54,018 nucleotides of DNA, filler included, from Sphacelaria rigidula (GCA_964200075.2; 3 parts of 3 records of this genome joined end to end with filler, not necessarily neighbours in it); one strand, 5' to 3'; shown: positions 36,084-50,664, counted from the first letter of the whole stretch. Translations and numbers: made by a program. The notes: generated by a model not told the origin, from the letters alone.

Positions 36084-38756
36084 CACCCTTTTCAGAACTG
36101 ATGCTCTTCTTGTGAAGTAATCGAGCTTTGAAATTCGGTCCAGGGGGTGTGCGATGACTCGCACAATTACGGTACTCATCGCCAAGGCCATCAATTAGGA
36201 TACGGATGTTTGCGTCATCTGCACCAAAACCACAGCTACAATTTGGGTGGGTAAAAAAAAATCTCACCAGGATCCGAGTTTTAGAACCAATGAAGTGGGG
36301 AAAACACAGGTGCTTTTCAATTTTCTTCATGACCATAACTTCTTCCGCAAAACGACGCTTAGAGGTTGTAGCTTACATAGCTACACGACGGTGAGTAGCC
36401 GAGCGACGTCGTGGTTCGTAGTCTGGGACGAGAAAAATGGAAGACCGTGAAGTGGAAACCCACGCGTACCACGAGTACTTTGAGTGACCTTACGGCGTAC
36501 ATCATCAGGGGATGAACAACATGCAACATACGCTTTCCTTCTCTCTACAGAGACGGGTTTGGTGGGATGGTCACGACTTCGCGTGTAGTGTGCGGGTTGG
36601 TTGGTGGAAGAGGCGGTTTTTGCGACGAGGCGAAGAAGTCCATCAACCGAGAACCAAATCTGAGGAGCATATAGTATCCACCTGAAACGCGAAGAATGTG
36701 TGTGGCCGTGTTTGGAATTGCCGCTCTGATTTCAGTGTGCGGAAAATCTTCGTTTGGAGCATTGAGAGAGCGGCATAACCACCGTCGGAGTGTCGGGGTC
36801 CGGGGGTTTTAATGTGGTGCAGAGACTCCGAATCTTATTTCCGACATGACACCTAAGGTTCCGACTTTGCGTCTGGTGAGCGGCGAATAAATCGGTTCAC
36901 AAACAATTTTGCGGGTGCCATGGTTGCTGTTGCTGGCGTTTCGGGCAGCGGCGCGTGCTGACTGCATGGGGTACATGAGGTCCCCGAGTAGTCGATACCC
37001 GCCTGGAAGAGGTCGACGCCTAGGAACGGTAGTTGGGAAAAGGAAATGCTAGATCCGGCGTACATCTGGAACTCTCGCGTACTGAGGTTACTACTGAGTG
37101 GGTTTGAGGAGAAACTTCGCTTTGCGCTCGAGCCCTACGAGTCGAGAAAGAGCTTTATTTTTCAAGTATTTTTCAGGATACAGGCGCAGCACATGTCCCT
37201 AATTGATGTGCTGGAAATGTTCCGAGTCAAGACGGTGTTCCGGGTGCGTTTTTCCAATTCTGCGTATTTGATACAAAATAGTACATTTTAGAGGCGGAAC
37301 GCGAAGGAATACCTTTTCTACACCAAAGCCCTATTGGTTATGGCGCCGCTACGCGACACCTAATCCTCGTTGCCCACGATCAAGAACATGAGGGACGGGA
37401 GCGAGAATGCTTGCCCGCCCGATGGACAGCATCCTTTGCCGACAATCTATGATGGTGGAACTGTTCGTTTCAACCGACCTATAGGCAGGGTGCAGCTTCT
37501 TACCACATGAGTCTGAAATTCAAGCCGGCAAAGGCGGTGCTAACAAGTCACAAGTGCAAAAGGTGCAGGTGTTTAGGGAGCTGCACGCTGATTAGCGGTT
37601 GCCAGGGCTGCTGCTTCTCGCCCCCGCCCCCTTTGCGGGCGACCGGGGCAAATCTCACTGGTGATACCGCCGGTGGAAACAGCGGTGCACGCGGTCGATC
37701 TCATTCAAGGACGGATGGATCCACGGCGAACGATGGAAGGAGCGTATCACCGGCGAACCATGAGGGGGACGAAGCGAATGGAGCGAGCAACGCGTCGATG
37801 CCAGCTGCTCACGTGAGTCATGGGGAGCCGTGCTTGCGCGACGGCGAGAAGATGGTAGGGGCGTCGGGTCCGGGAACGGATTTTATCATTCGCAATGGTC
37901 GAGACTTTGGACCAGATGGGCGCATCAGTCGCGGGTCGAAGTATTCAGCCGGGATCTGGATCGGAGATTCAGATAGTGAATGCAGCGGGGCGGGGAGAGA
38001 GAGGGCTTGGCAACGGAAGCGGGCAACGACCATTATGATGATCTCGTGTTTTGATTGAGCCTGCTAGGAAATCTGGAGACAATGTTTGTGCAGATAGGTC
38101 GCACGCTCAAGACTGGACTATTTAGGGTTGTCTTCTCCCCGAGGTAGTCACCAACCGTGCCTCGTGCGCATAGCGATGGTGATCCATGCACGGTGCAGTG
38201 CGCCCTGGGGTGCACAGGTGTGTGGGGATAGTCTGGCGGCGCACTTGGGCGAATCGCCGCTTGTGCGTGAGGTGAACTATGAATCTCAACCGAGTGTGTC
38301 GAGACGAAAACAGATACCTGAACGGAAGCACCGTATCAAACTTGACCTTGTTAAACACCACGCAGTGCAGCACCACCAAGGCACGCGCATGGACTCTGTT
38401 CGGTGGGTGGCGTCGATTGCTTTTTGACAGTGAGCGTACTGCTCCACCGCTCTCTTCGGTATGCTTCATACTGAACCATCTGCACCGAACTGGACGGCCT
38501 GTCCTCAGAATCACACATAGGCGCCATTTCCGCAGTATCATAATTTTGGTATCAAGAGGTCACGGTCTCGCTGACGACACAAGGAATCGACAGTACTTGA
38601 GTGCGTGTGCGTTATACCTTGCGCGACGATCCCCCAAATAGGCTTCACGCGCCACCTCAGCAACAATAGCATGCGCATGTTTGTAAGGTCCTTCCTCCCG
38701 GCGAGCAGCGTTGATGTTCGCGTGTATAACTACGGGGGGAGATATCACAGGTGGGA

Positions 38757-39250
38757 CAGCTCGTGAGCTAGCTTATCTGCGGGCTGTACCTCACTTGTAG
38801 TCAAACATATACGTATGACCTACGCCCGATAGCTCATCCATGGGCGAATGTACGCTGATGAGGTACGGGATGGTGTCTTACTCACGACAAACACGCGTAG
38901 CTCAAGTAGCTCTCATGGCTCACCCACGGCGAGTATACGCTGACGAGCTACGGGATGGTACCCTCCTCACGACCAACACGCGTAGCCTATGTAGCTCTCA
39001 TAGCGCACTGTGACCAAACATGCGTAGCTCACGTAGCTCCTTTAGCTCACCCTTTGCGTAGCTGTAGCTCTGATAGCTCGTCCACGGCGGTGAATATACG
39101 CTGATGCGCTAGGGGTTGGTAGCTCGCCCAAGGCAAACACGCGTAGCTCATGCAACTCTCGTAGCTCACCCGTGGCGAACGTACGATGATGTGCTACGCT
39201 AGATAGCTCACCCACGGCGAACATGCGTAGTTCATGTAGCTCTCATAGCT
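38757..39250. repeat. Degenerate tandem array rich in GTAGCTC / ACACGCGTAGCTC / AGCTCACCCACGGCGA motifs
   Basis: Motifs recur many times; probably subterminal repeats of a DNA transposon (inference). Confidence 0.75.
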
Positions 39251-39584
39251 CAGTAGGAAGCTTTGCTAAAAAAGACCTAGCCCGCGCTATAGGGAGCTGA
39301 TCTATCCGACAAGTGGAAGATACCCCCAAGAAATACCATTGATCACAGCGCGATGACCGCCTGTTCATTGTGGATACCACGTACGATCTGATGCGCTTTT
39401 ACATTGAATCTCTCATGTGTCAGCAACTCTCACCCAGATGGAAGAATGTTGATACACACAGCAGCTGCAGAGACAAATCAAGTTGTCGAGTAGCCAAGAC
39501 GCATGCCGACCAGTCCTCCACGTTCTGGGGGCTCAGACCCTAGCTGTAGAAGTGTTATGCCTTCTCCATAATATGGAGGCATTT

Positions 39585-39850
39585 CACTCCGAGACGTGGT
39601 GGGATTTGTACGATCCCGTGGATTGAGTCATGTTCCGCAATTTCAATTATCTTGTGCTCAGAGGTAAGGTCATCGTGGGAACAGGGGTGGTAACTTTCAG
39701 CACGGGCAACTGGCTTCGCGGGCGACCCCCCGTGGTCGAGAAAGCCGCGTCACGCACGAGCTCCATCAGAGCACACATCACAAGCGATCGCTGCTCAAAA
39801 TATGTCTGTATCCGTTACAACAGGGCGAAGTTGGTGCAGAGTTCCCTAGA
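39585..39850 (+). pseudogene. Possible decayed hAT transposase C-terminal dimerisation domain
   Basis: SETWWDLYD..VEKAASRTSSIRAHITSDRCSKYVCIRYN loosely resembles the WW..ER.FS..RNRL..R..KLV..RYN pattern; by-eye similarity only. Confidence 0.35.
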
Positions 39851-40491
39851 TGCAGGCCCCACCCTGTGCGCATCGGTATAAAAACATGTATATACATACT
39901 CGTATAGAACATACTGCTTGATGTCTGTGTTTCACATTGTGTACCAACCGTAGCAGTGACGCCTCGGGCAGTACTACCTGCTCGCTGCACAGCGGCAGGG
40001 TGCAGGGTGACATAACACACTGCAGTACGTCACATCCTTCGTCTATCTCTGTGTTGTAGTGATTCCCCGCTGTCTTATGGAGGAATTCGTCACATGAACG
40101 CAAACGCTTATGCTGCGGCCCATGCGTAAGTGGGATACCACCTCTCGCTTCGCCACATTTCGTACAGCTGTCCGTGTTGCAGCTAAGCGTGCGTTTGCCC
40201 TAGCCCGCGCACGACGGAGTGAAAGGCCGCCTCTGCCGCTATTATCGCTGCCTGTATCATGGGCGAAGCGGTACGGTTTCACAACCGCTATGGCGCGAAA
40301 GGCGCCCGTAACATTTCACACCGCGGAGATTTCTACAGTCTCAAAGTGTTCTGCGTACAGTACCGACTACAAGTACGAGTATTTCGCAAATTGTGGTACG
40401 CAGTAGATCCCATACTGTGCGCAGTGAACATTTCGACACTGTATACTGACTGTAGAAATCTCTTATCCAGGGTGTGGTACATTTCCACAAA

Positions 40492-41503
40492 CTTCCTTTG
40501 TCCCATAAGTCTGGTCGGTCATGTTTACACGAGTCCGTACCCGCGTCCGATCTGATTTTCGATGTTTTTTTCGATTTCTTGGTTGTTTTTAAGTAAGAAG
40601 CGTATCTCTCTTTTTTGCAGCTCGCGGCCGCCGCACAAAAACCACTCGGCCCAAAAGTGGCCATATTTTGCCATTTTCTCAGGGGTCAAAAAAGTGTCGG
40701 AAAAAAATAACTGGTCGGTCGAGGAAATTCTCGGTGGTCTCGTCGACCTGATCGACTCGGCGAAGCTTCCGAGCAAGGGAAAGGGAGGGTTCGATGCGGC
40801 GAGCCACCTTTGCCACCCCTTCTTTCTTGAACCACCGGCGCACGGTCCCCGTACCGAAATCCAGCCCGGTGCCTTTCAGCTGATAGGACACCTGCCGGAG
40901 CGTAAATGACCGATGCTGCATGTTGGCGTTCTTCAGCGCCGCAACCTTTGTTGACGAGCGATGGGCGTCCAGTCCTTGTGTTGTTCGAAAGGTCGACCTC
41001 CTGGGGAGCGTCGATCTGGGCTTCGGCGTTTTCCCACATCTTCGTCGAGTTCTCGGGACCGACACCGTAGCGTTCGCAAATTGACCCCACCGAGCCCTTG
41101 GGCACCCTCACCTTGCCCAGTGGAATAGCGAGCGGAACCTCCATCGCAATCGCATAGCGGCGACCCAGTTGTATCTCGTCACCCGTTCGGCGAGGAGAGG
41201 GAGGAGGGGGGTGGGTTTTCGGGGGGCAAGTCCATCGTATTGTGATGTCTGTAGGCTAGATGTGGGATGTTTGACCCGAATTCTCGAAACAATTTTCGGG
41301 AAAAAATTCACAAGAATTCTAAAAAAAAGCCAAAATGAGGTGTATTCTGACTTGATTTTAGTATTGGAAACGAGTTTTATTTTGTCATCAGCTCCGTATG
41401 CGTTTTATCTTTCTGTGAAACCAAACTATAAGGTCATCACCAACACCGTTGCACCCAAACGAAAAACCGCCCATAACCGACCAGACTTATGGGGCAGAGA
41501 AAG
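40492..41503 (-). mobile_element. Internally deleted mariner-like element with an N-terminal transposase remnant, related to the MITE at 21383-21972
   Basis: Imperfect TIRs CTTCCTTTGTCCCATAAGTCTGGTCGGT / ACCGACCAGACTTATGGGGCAGAGAAAG, with TA on the right. Frameshifted peptide SICERYGVGPENSTKMW..DLSNNTRTGRPS..FTLRQVSYQL..GTVRRWFKK..RRIEPSLS resembles the HTH region of plant-type mariner transposases. Confidence 0.8.
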
Positions 41504-42005
41504 TATAATGTTACGCGGTGAGATCATGAAATGATTCGCAACATGTGAGCGAAGTGTAAGTGGGGCAATCGCCAAAATATTCATGTGCAACCCCCCCCCC
41601 TAATGCACTGTAAATTGATATCGCTAGAAGAACACCATACGACAACCTTGCCGGCTGCTACACTGTCAGCACGCTGTATACGCTAGCATTGGTACTGTCT
41701 GTAAGGGAGCGTTGTCCTCTTGCCAGGTAGGGCGGCAGGATCCATTGTGGCCTGCGGGCTCGACCGATGGCGTGTCCAGGTATAAATATCATCAGACAGG
41801 AGGTGTTGGAAAAAATGAAGTCACTGCTGGTATCCACCATGGGTCCTCAGCGCCTTGCGCGGCTACAGCTGTGACTTGAGACATTTCGCTGTAGTACCAA
41901 TCTACACATCCTGAACCGTGAGTTGATTGGTGCAATATTTGTCTTGAACAATGGTTATTAGCAGCTGGTACCCGTCTATGGGGTTTTGGCACGCTGACAT
42001 TCGTG

Positions 42006-43016
42006 CGCAGGCACCGTAGGTAAGGTACCGTACCGAGCGTACCCCCGGTATTTACTGGGGTATCCCATACCCTGGTATGCGTAGGTATTGTAGGTATGAC
42101 GTTGCAAAATATCGGATTGGGCGGGTACGGTAGGTATTGAAATATCGAAATACCCTGGTATCGTAGGTATTGTAGGTATGATATTGCAAAATACCGGATT
42201 GGGCGGGTACGGTAGGTATTGAAACTTCGAAATGCCCTGGTGTCGTAGGTATTGCAGGTATGACATTTCAAAACACCGGATTGGGCGGGTACGGTAGGTA
42301 TTGAAACTTGGAAATACCGTGGTATCGCAGGTATCGTAGGTATGGCATCTGAAAATACCGGATTAGGCGGGTACGGTAGGTACTGACACTTCGAAATACC
42401 GTGGTATTGTAGGTATCGTAGGTATGAGTTTCGAAAATACCGGATTGGACCGATATCGGTAGGGTATGAGATGTCCCAAATACCGGCACCGGGTACCTGC
42501 CCTACCCTCTATACTGAATTCAAAACTGTCATCTGGCAGCGCGAAGCGTTTCAGATCTGGGTGCAAGTTGCGCAGTCGAAGTTTTCACAGGCACCGTAGG
42601 TAATGTACCGTACCCAGCGTATCCCCGGTATTTATGTATTTACCGGGGCATCCCGTACCGTGGTATGAGTAGGTATCGTAGGTATGACATTGCAAAATAC
42701 CGGATTGGGCGGGTACGGTAGGTATTGAAATCTCGAAATACCCTAGTATCGTAGGTATGACATATCAAAATACCGGATTGGGCGGGTACGGTGGGTACTG
42801 AATTTCCGAAATACCCTGGTACCGTCGGTATCGTAGGTATGGCATTTCTAAATACCGGATTGGGCGGGTACGGTAGGTACTGAAACTTCGAAATACCGTG
42901 GTATCGCAGGTGTCGGAGGTATGACATATCAAAATACCGGACTGGACCAGTACCGGCAGATTATGAGATGTCCCAAATACCGGTGCCGGGTACCTACCTT
43001 ACCTACGGTGCCTGTG
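42006..43016. mobile_element. Composite non-autonomous hAT-type element: two head-to-tail minisatellite-bearing units within one 8-bp TSD
   Basis: TSD CATTCGTG at 41998-42005 and 43017-43024; TIR C(G/A)CAGGCACCGTAGGTAAGGTA; second left end at 42586; internal ~74-bp repeats (ATACCGGATTGGGCGGGTACGGTAGGTATTGAAA). Confidence 0.85.
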
Positions 43017-46000
43017 CATTCGTGCAAGGTCGGTAATCTTCGATCGCGGGTCGGACGGGCGTACCGGAAAATGTTTTTTTTTCGCTCTCACGGCTTTCAC
43101 AAACAGTGCCATATGTCTCACCTGCGCCGGGAGAGGGATCCATCGCTGCTTTGTGCGCTATACTGGGTGAAAATCAGTTGAACTTCGTTGAGGACGTGGA
43201 TTCAGAGACATGATATGTCCATGAACTTCTCATCATCGATATTTTGTGCTCTGCCTGCTTCTTTTGACTCCGTCGTGTCTTGTTTTCGGGGTAGAAGTGA
43301 AGAACGTGACACTCAATCAGGTGGAACACCAAGAACGCAGGCGCTACTCGTACACAGGTTGAGCAAAACACTCCCCCGCTGGTTGTTCAAGCACGCGCCC
43401 AACAGTGAAAAGTACACTGCGGTCTGGATTAAAAGCAAAGCACAATGCAGTACCGCGCAAAGAGACTAGCTCCTTATACACTGCGACACATGAAAATGCA
43501 CGCAGTCAAACTTATCATGCGCATGACACGCGCGCGTAGATAAGATTCAGTGCGGTCAGACAGACCATACGATACCTGTAGTCGACGCGTACAGACAACA
43601 GTACCGCAACAGTACGTACCGAAACATGAGCGTTCATGTGTTATATCCCACTCGTGGGTAGTATCACCGATGGCATTCTTAAACTCACAGGATATGTCGA
43701 CATGCTGATGGAGGTATTGGCCGTTCAGGGCGATCCTTTCTCGGCGTGATTGTTCGATCGAATTCCAACCTGAGGCCCTGTACCCCCTTTGTGCCCCAAC
43801 TGTGTCGTGCCAGGTGCCCAACGCCAGGATGCCTGCTTTCCGAAAATGACCAAACCTTCGCAAACTGGAAAATGGCCAGATGTATTGAGGACGACACTTC
43901 TCTGATGTTTCATCTGTGGGCTATGATACGTGCAGCTGGCGGTAACTGACTGTGTGTAAGTAACGGAGCTACCGGCTGAGCTCGCACAACTTACTAGCAT
44001 TTCTGTTAATTTTTAGTTCTCAAAGTTAGACTACTCGTAGGTCTTCAACAAGATTATTGAACACTTCTAGAGCACTCGTACCCATTTTCTGACCGCACAC
44101 AGCCCGATTTTCTAAGTAAACTAGTGTGATAACGAAAATAAAATATGTAGATTAGGGATCACCCCACACCCTCCACCCCAGATCCAACACAACAGCATGA
44201 GGAAACGCCCTCAGACACATCGCGCTCCACATCCCCAACCTCTTGCTTCTGCCGGCGTCTTCCTATCACAAGGGAGCCCGTAAGTGCAGCAGATTAGCCA
44301 AATCTGAGCTCCACCTTTGCTACATCAACCGCTCACCCCGATTTATCGTTGTGCGTGGCGTTTTCAAGGGTGTGGAAGCTGTGACGAGTATCCCTTGGCG
44401 AGAAGGAACCTTGCGAAGCAGTGGGAGCCGGTTGGAGATTCAGGTTGTGCAGGGGATACGCAGAGATGTCGATGTACTGATGCTGTGTTATCCGATGATC
44501 CTCGATCGATTTTACGGTCGTGAGTGCTTTTGCGGTATTCGAGCACTGTTGTGAAGGTTTCTTCCCCGTCGCTTGTAAACTGTCGGCGGCAAGTCAAAAT
44601 TCTAGTAGTGTATGTGCTTGTGTGTGCTTTGGCGAGGTAGTCGTGAGGGAAAGCGCTACTGCTATGAGGAAATACTTAAGGCCGCTTCTAACCGTCTCAC
44701 ACAATACTTACTTCGTGGGGCGGTGATGACGAAACATTCGAAGAAGGTTAAACTCGGCCGAGCTCAATGCGCGATCTCTCCCGTCACTTCAATATCGCGC
44801 AGTTTTCCTTATCCCGTTAGTTTCGTTTTTTCTTTGTTTTTACTTACTTGTGGTAAGCTGCGCGCGCGCGACCGATCTTGTGGGCGATGATTATTTTGCT
44901 CAAATGGCGGGTGCGTTGTGGCAGCCGTGCCGCTGCCCGCCGAATGCCGCATATGAGCCCGAAATTTAGAGTACCTCCCTGTGCTGTTTGCACTGGATGG
45001 TACAACCGCACAGTTGATACCAACTCTGTTCGGAATATTATATTTGCCTCTTCGGCCCGTTTTTCCCCCTTTGATGTCCTCCATTTTGACTGATGGAGCA
45101 CTTCTCGGGAAATCACTTGAGAGAAATCATGTTTAACAACGACCGGTTTTGAGTCTTGCCTACAAGCAGTTCCATCTAGATGGAGGATGGAAGCGTACAA
45201 GTACGAGAAAGCGGCGGTTCTGGAAATGGCGTCAGTCCAATGTTTCTGTCCTGCTGCAGACAAGACGCAACAAGGTAACGCAGCGCCTAAACACAGGGCC
45301 ACAAAATCCCACGCACCACTCCAGTGCATGAGCGCAAGCGCTATCTCTCCATTTACGCAGTCTTTGTTGGATAGAAGTCCGCCCAGTACAGGCTGGGCCA
45401 GCTGAAAGTGATTTTTGAAAGTATCCTGGCGATGCGATCGGTAATTCGACGAGATGGGGGCTGAAATTTTGACACCATTTTTATACTCCCCACGCACAAC
45501 ATTTCCGGGGATACTGAGGATCGGCCACCGGTTGTTTTGTACGAACAAAATATTGTGAAAAGTGGTCATCAGGTAAGAACCCGCCTGGAGGCGTGCCTAG
45601 GCCGCTTCTCATAGACTGGAGAAAGAATTTGAGAAAAGTCGTGTTGGTCAGTCTCCAGATACTTTATTCAAAACGCGACCTCATAGAGCCATTTTTCATG
45701 AAAAAAGCCTCTAGAAATTGGCCACAATTTGCAGACAGCGAGATTTTGACAAGTCTCTCTGCGGAAAGCCGTCGATTAGCAGAGACTTTCCTCAGTCGGC
45801 GAAGTGTCGTTCCATCACACATTCCTCGCATACAAGCGTAGTACAATCAGTGCAAAAGCAGCTGCCCATGTTTCATGTACGGTACAGGGCCAACAGCACA
45901 ACTGCTGCGGCACTCCGTGCATCCTTTTCATGACCGTAGAACCAGGGACAGGTAGTACAGACAGGGCAGTGTTTTTCTGCCGGCAGCTTTGCTATCGTAA

Positions 46001-49000
46001 AATAGCACGATGCCGCCCCTGCTGGCTGTGTTGACTGTGCTCGTATCGTTGCATGCTCGTCGTACCCGCCACCGATCGCGGACTCTGTAGTATTATGCGT
46101 ACTCATACGGTTGCTACCACACTACAACTGTCACGTGAAATTGTTGCGTGCGTTACGGCACAAACCGTCTGCTGCACACATCGCGTCGCTTGCGACACGA
46201 CTACTGTACCAAGCGGCGATCGGCTGAAGTAAGGGTTGATACGCCCATCATTTCGATCCCTACTAAACCAGTAGCTACTGTCTGTGTGTGTTGGTGTGTG
46301 TTGCCATCCCATCCATGCTGTACCTTGATGAGATTATTTACATGTTGGTTAAACACAGGCTCGCCACAGGTGGCACAAGCACGATGCAAATGATGAACAC
46401 CACCAGCGTGGCACGCAGGCTAGATGATGGCCTCGGGTGTACAAATACCCACGATTTTTCGTAGATTTCAAGATTGTGTTCTGAAAACTGATTTATCTAG
46501 AGTCCCTGAGAAAATACGTCCGAAATGACTTTTTTCAGTCTAAAAGAAACGGCCCTAGCACACCGTTTTTTGAGCAAATATGTGCAACCGGCAACGAAAA
46601 ATTCCGATCCGATTGGTCGTGATTACAACATGAATGACGGTAGTTGAAATTCCCACCTGTCGTAGTTGAAATTTCCACCTGTCGGATCAATGTTTTTGTT
46701 TTTTACCGCACTTTGATCCTAAGACCCATGAGGGCAGTTCATCTGGATCATGTAAAAAAATTGAACTTGAATTGATGCCGATCGACAGTCCACGATTCCC
46801 ATGTTGATGGGCGGGTATGTGCGGGTTCCCCGACCGTCAGAAAACGCTTCGCAAATCAAGCATGCGTGTTTCCAGGAAATCAATAGGTCTGGCAACAGCC
46901 CTGACGGGAAGTTGAATGGCCACTTTGATGGTGTGACCGATGGAATGATCTCTTCTGTACCCGAACAAATCGTCCGATACTGCCCGTCTCGAGTTCAACC
47001 TGGATTTGTCCATTCAAGGCACGACCACTCAACCACTCAACCACCGAAGCACATCAAAATGAGGAGCATTTCATCTCTTGGCGCGGTCATTGCAACCTGT
47101 CTACTCTCTCGTATGTTGTGGAGCTTAACACGGTTAAATAACACATGCCTGAGATAGGTATAGTGGATACTGTGCCTTGTGCACTAAAAAAACAGGGAAC
47201 TGTCGTACGGTACTGCTGTATTGAGCCACGAACGATTAGTGTGTGTCCGAACGGTACTGTAGCAGCGCCGTACCGTCAAGGACGCAAGCGATGGTTTAAA
47301 ATGAAGTGCAACATCGAGACATACAAAAGGCTCGCGAGCAACGCTTTAGAAGTACCGAGGCTGCTGAATCACCGTTAGTTTATTGCGTACTTCGTACATT
47401 GCAGCAGTAGTGAAAGCCAGCGTGCGCCACTACCTTGCGCATGTCCGCATGTACCGTGACTAGTCGTGAACAACTTTCGGGTTTATCCTCCCATGTGACA
47501 GGCTTCGCAATTTACCTTGCCCCAAATCGGCTAAGGGCGAGGTGGCGGCCGCAGTCAGGGGGTTAGCTTTGACTGTCAGATATGACTTTTCAGGATATTG
47601 AAGCCCAGTCCCTGTTCAAGTTCAACTGGTACCGATTCAACAGGTAACCACCCCTGACGGCTTGACGTTATAATATATAGTCGACCCTGCTTTGAAGACG
47701 CACGTGGTTTTTTTAGGCGTCTTGAGCGCGGGGAATCATCTTGAAGATTCCGGACCCCCACCTACATTACATCTGCGGGGCACCACGGTTCTGAAATTTT
47801 TTGCGTCTTTGTCGCGGGGAGTTGACTAAACCAGAGCGTCTTTAAAGCGGGGTAAACTGTAGGTCCAGGTTGTGTATCAGCCCTTTCACCGCCAAGTAGA
47901 GTTATAAAGCAAGCGTGCAGCTCGATTTATGATCTTGAACAAATCCTGGCGGACTGTTGTCTTGGTTCCAATTGTTCATGAAGGCCACCTCCCTAGTATG
48001 GTGATGCCTCGAAATCAATCTGGAGGGCCTGATGACCAGTGGTTGGGTGAGTTGACCACACTTGGGGGGGGCCCAGTGTGGCCATACCGCCTGAACTTGG
48101 ATCACCTGAGACTTCAGGTTTGGAAGTATCGCGGCAATTCGGGCACCTTATGACTTCCTGGCGCCCTAGATCTGGGTCATGGTCCTCAACCCTGAGACAG
48201 CGACCCCCCCGCTGGGAGACTGAGGTAGACACTACCCTTTTTGGGTTCATAATCATTCCTGTCACAAGTCAAAACGCCTACTCTCCGGTGGAAGGAACCC
48301 GGTAGTGCATAAGAGGCACATTAGTTGCATCATAACACAGACGGTGGTGTGGTTGTCGACCATGTGATCATTAAGCCTCATATTTTTTCTGTGCAGTCTG
48401 TAGTGTATCGTGCAGCGGCTGCACGTGCTGTGTGCAGCGTGCTGGATCTTACGTGTGTGTTGAACATGCCGTGTGTACGCAGCATGCGTTTGGATATCGC
48501 ACCATGACTACCGCCGCAAACGCCCCCGACTCCCGTAGAGCAATTGCTCGGCGATAGCGTTCATCTCACCACGAAGTACTCGTGGCCGCTGCTCGCGTGT
48601 TGCGCCATGACGTTGGATACCAGATGGAGGTGTGGAGCTAGTACGACACCCAGGAAGTACTGAACAGACGGACAGTGTACCGAGGATGCTCTGACACCTA
48701 CTTTTTGGTTGTAAATTCTTTGGTTGATTTCGCATGCTCAAAACGAGTTGTGAGGGTAGACAGCGAATGTGTCTACCAGCTATCTACCTCTACTGTAACA
48801 AAATTGCTCATTTTGACGACCGTGATTGATCAAAATGGTGATCCCGCGCCTCTCGGGCGTCGTGCACGGCTCACGATTTTCCGCGAGAAACTTTCATACA
48901 CACATGGTTGACTCCGTGAGCTTCTCCAATGTTCCGCGGAGAGACCCCCCCCCCCCCGAGCTCTGGAAACCCCCGGATGTCTCGGAACTGTCAGTCTGTA

Positions 49001-50664
49001 CAATTTTTCCGAGGCGACGCTCGTCGTCTAAGCGTTAAGCGAGGCGTTTGTTGTTCCATCGATGCTTACACCCACCACGTTCTATAAACCGAAATGATTT
49101 CAAGTCGCGGGGTGAGCGATTTGTGACGCCGTCTTCGTCTCCCTTCAGGTGTTCGAATTTGTCTAGCTTGCAGGAAACCGAGGCACCTTAAAATCGCCGT
49201 CAATGAACCCCTTCCTACTCTACCGAAGGTTTGTTGTGTTTATTTTGCACATTTTCACACGCTCGTTTTTATCTGGGGGGGGGGGAGACGAAGAGGCACG
49301 AGAAAAAAAAATTGATGGGACTCTCCGGTAATGAATGAGAAACCTGACGTGGCCTTTTCGAAAGCAACCGCACTATTGAAGCGAGCTCTATTCGAGCTCA
49401 CTTTCTTCGCACTCATCACATCACTCCGGGCAGTTGAGCGACCCAACCGCTCGTGTATATGTTTCACTCTAACCGCGCTTTTGCTCCGAATATTCTTGGC
49501 TCTGTATAGTATGAGCTGCGGACATTTGACCATTCTGTGTCGCTGAATTATCAGCCTGATTCTTGCGACATCGACGACCCTTTTTTGCTCGGCTTCCCTC
49601 AGCTTCCCGCCCCCCCCCGGTGACCGCGTATAGAAGCAGCTTCCCGAAGACGTTTAGTCCCTCACAGTATCACGAACAGGTGCGCCACGAATGGTAAAGA
49701 CAATTTCATCATTCCTGGCCATCTAGGACGCGTGGTCGATGGTCCGACAGCAGAGGTATGCCCAAGACATGATCAGTCATCGCGTACACGATACGTTGGG
49801 CTGGTTCCATCTGTTCTCACGTGTATTTTCGCAGTGGCCACACACGTCACGAAGTATCGGTGTACTTGTAGTAGCGGCTGAGCTGTCCATGTAGTCTTTT
49901 CAAACTGCCTGTCTCTCCTCTTGTGTCGTTGAAACAGCTGCATATACCAGAGAAACATTCAACTCGGATTGAGATAGGGTGTACACTGTACACTGGAGGG
50001 CACTGTGGTACTCGTTGCTATGTATCCGTGTTGCATTCGGCCGCTGATGGAAGAAGCTTTTGAGTGCGGGGCACAGCAGCAGTAAAGTGCCTCAGTGTAA
50101 TTTGAATTGTGGACAAGCAGGGCAGCATTGAGTCATTCTCCAGGTTTACCAGCACTACCCTAGAAATTACCGCGGCTGCGGAAGCATGAGCGGAGAAGAT
50201 TTTCAAAGACAACAATGTGCGTGTATTGCAGCAATAGCGGTTGCTAGCATCACCTCGTGCTGAACATGGATGGGAACATACAGCTCCCGACGCGAGCTTA
50301 CATCATTCGCCGAATTCATGATCAGTATCTTTCTAAAGCCATCAACTTGCGAGAGTTTCAAGAACAATATCGCCTGACTTAATACATCATGTATTTATGC
50401 CTGGCGTCTCAGTAGCTATATGCTCGAACATTTTGATCTAGCATGGCCAATGCCTTGAAGGAGACTCACCTGGTATTGAGAGTATCAAAAGTAAAATTAT
50501 GGTATATTATGAGGAACCTGTCGTGGCGCATGGTGGAGCTTAGTGTACATGAAGTATTCCATACGTGTGATGGCGACGTTCTGTTATGCGGCCAAAAACC
50601 GTGTTAATTGTCTCATGTGTAAAAGATACGAGCACAAAATAAGATGAATCGTGAGAAACTTCCT

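Noticed and set aside
36918-37000. Signal-peptide-like stretch followed by GYMRSPSSR (LPMO-like N-terminus)
   Set aside because: No in-frame His1 or start codon and no downstream homology.
37507-38058. 183-aa Gly/Ser-rich ORF
   Set aside because: Low complexity, no domain, no supported gene model.
42060-42960. Regular ~74-bp repeats resembling a CRISPR array
   Set aside because: Whole units are repeated with no unique spacers, no cas genes, eukaryotic context, and they lie inside TIRs with a TSD.
48005-48085. CTGATGA hammerhead core
   Set aside because: No correctly placed GAAA and stems.
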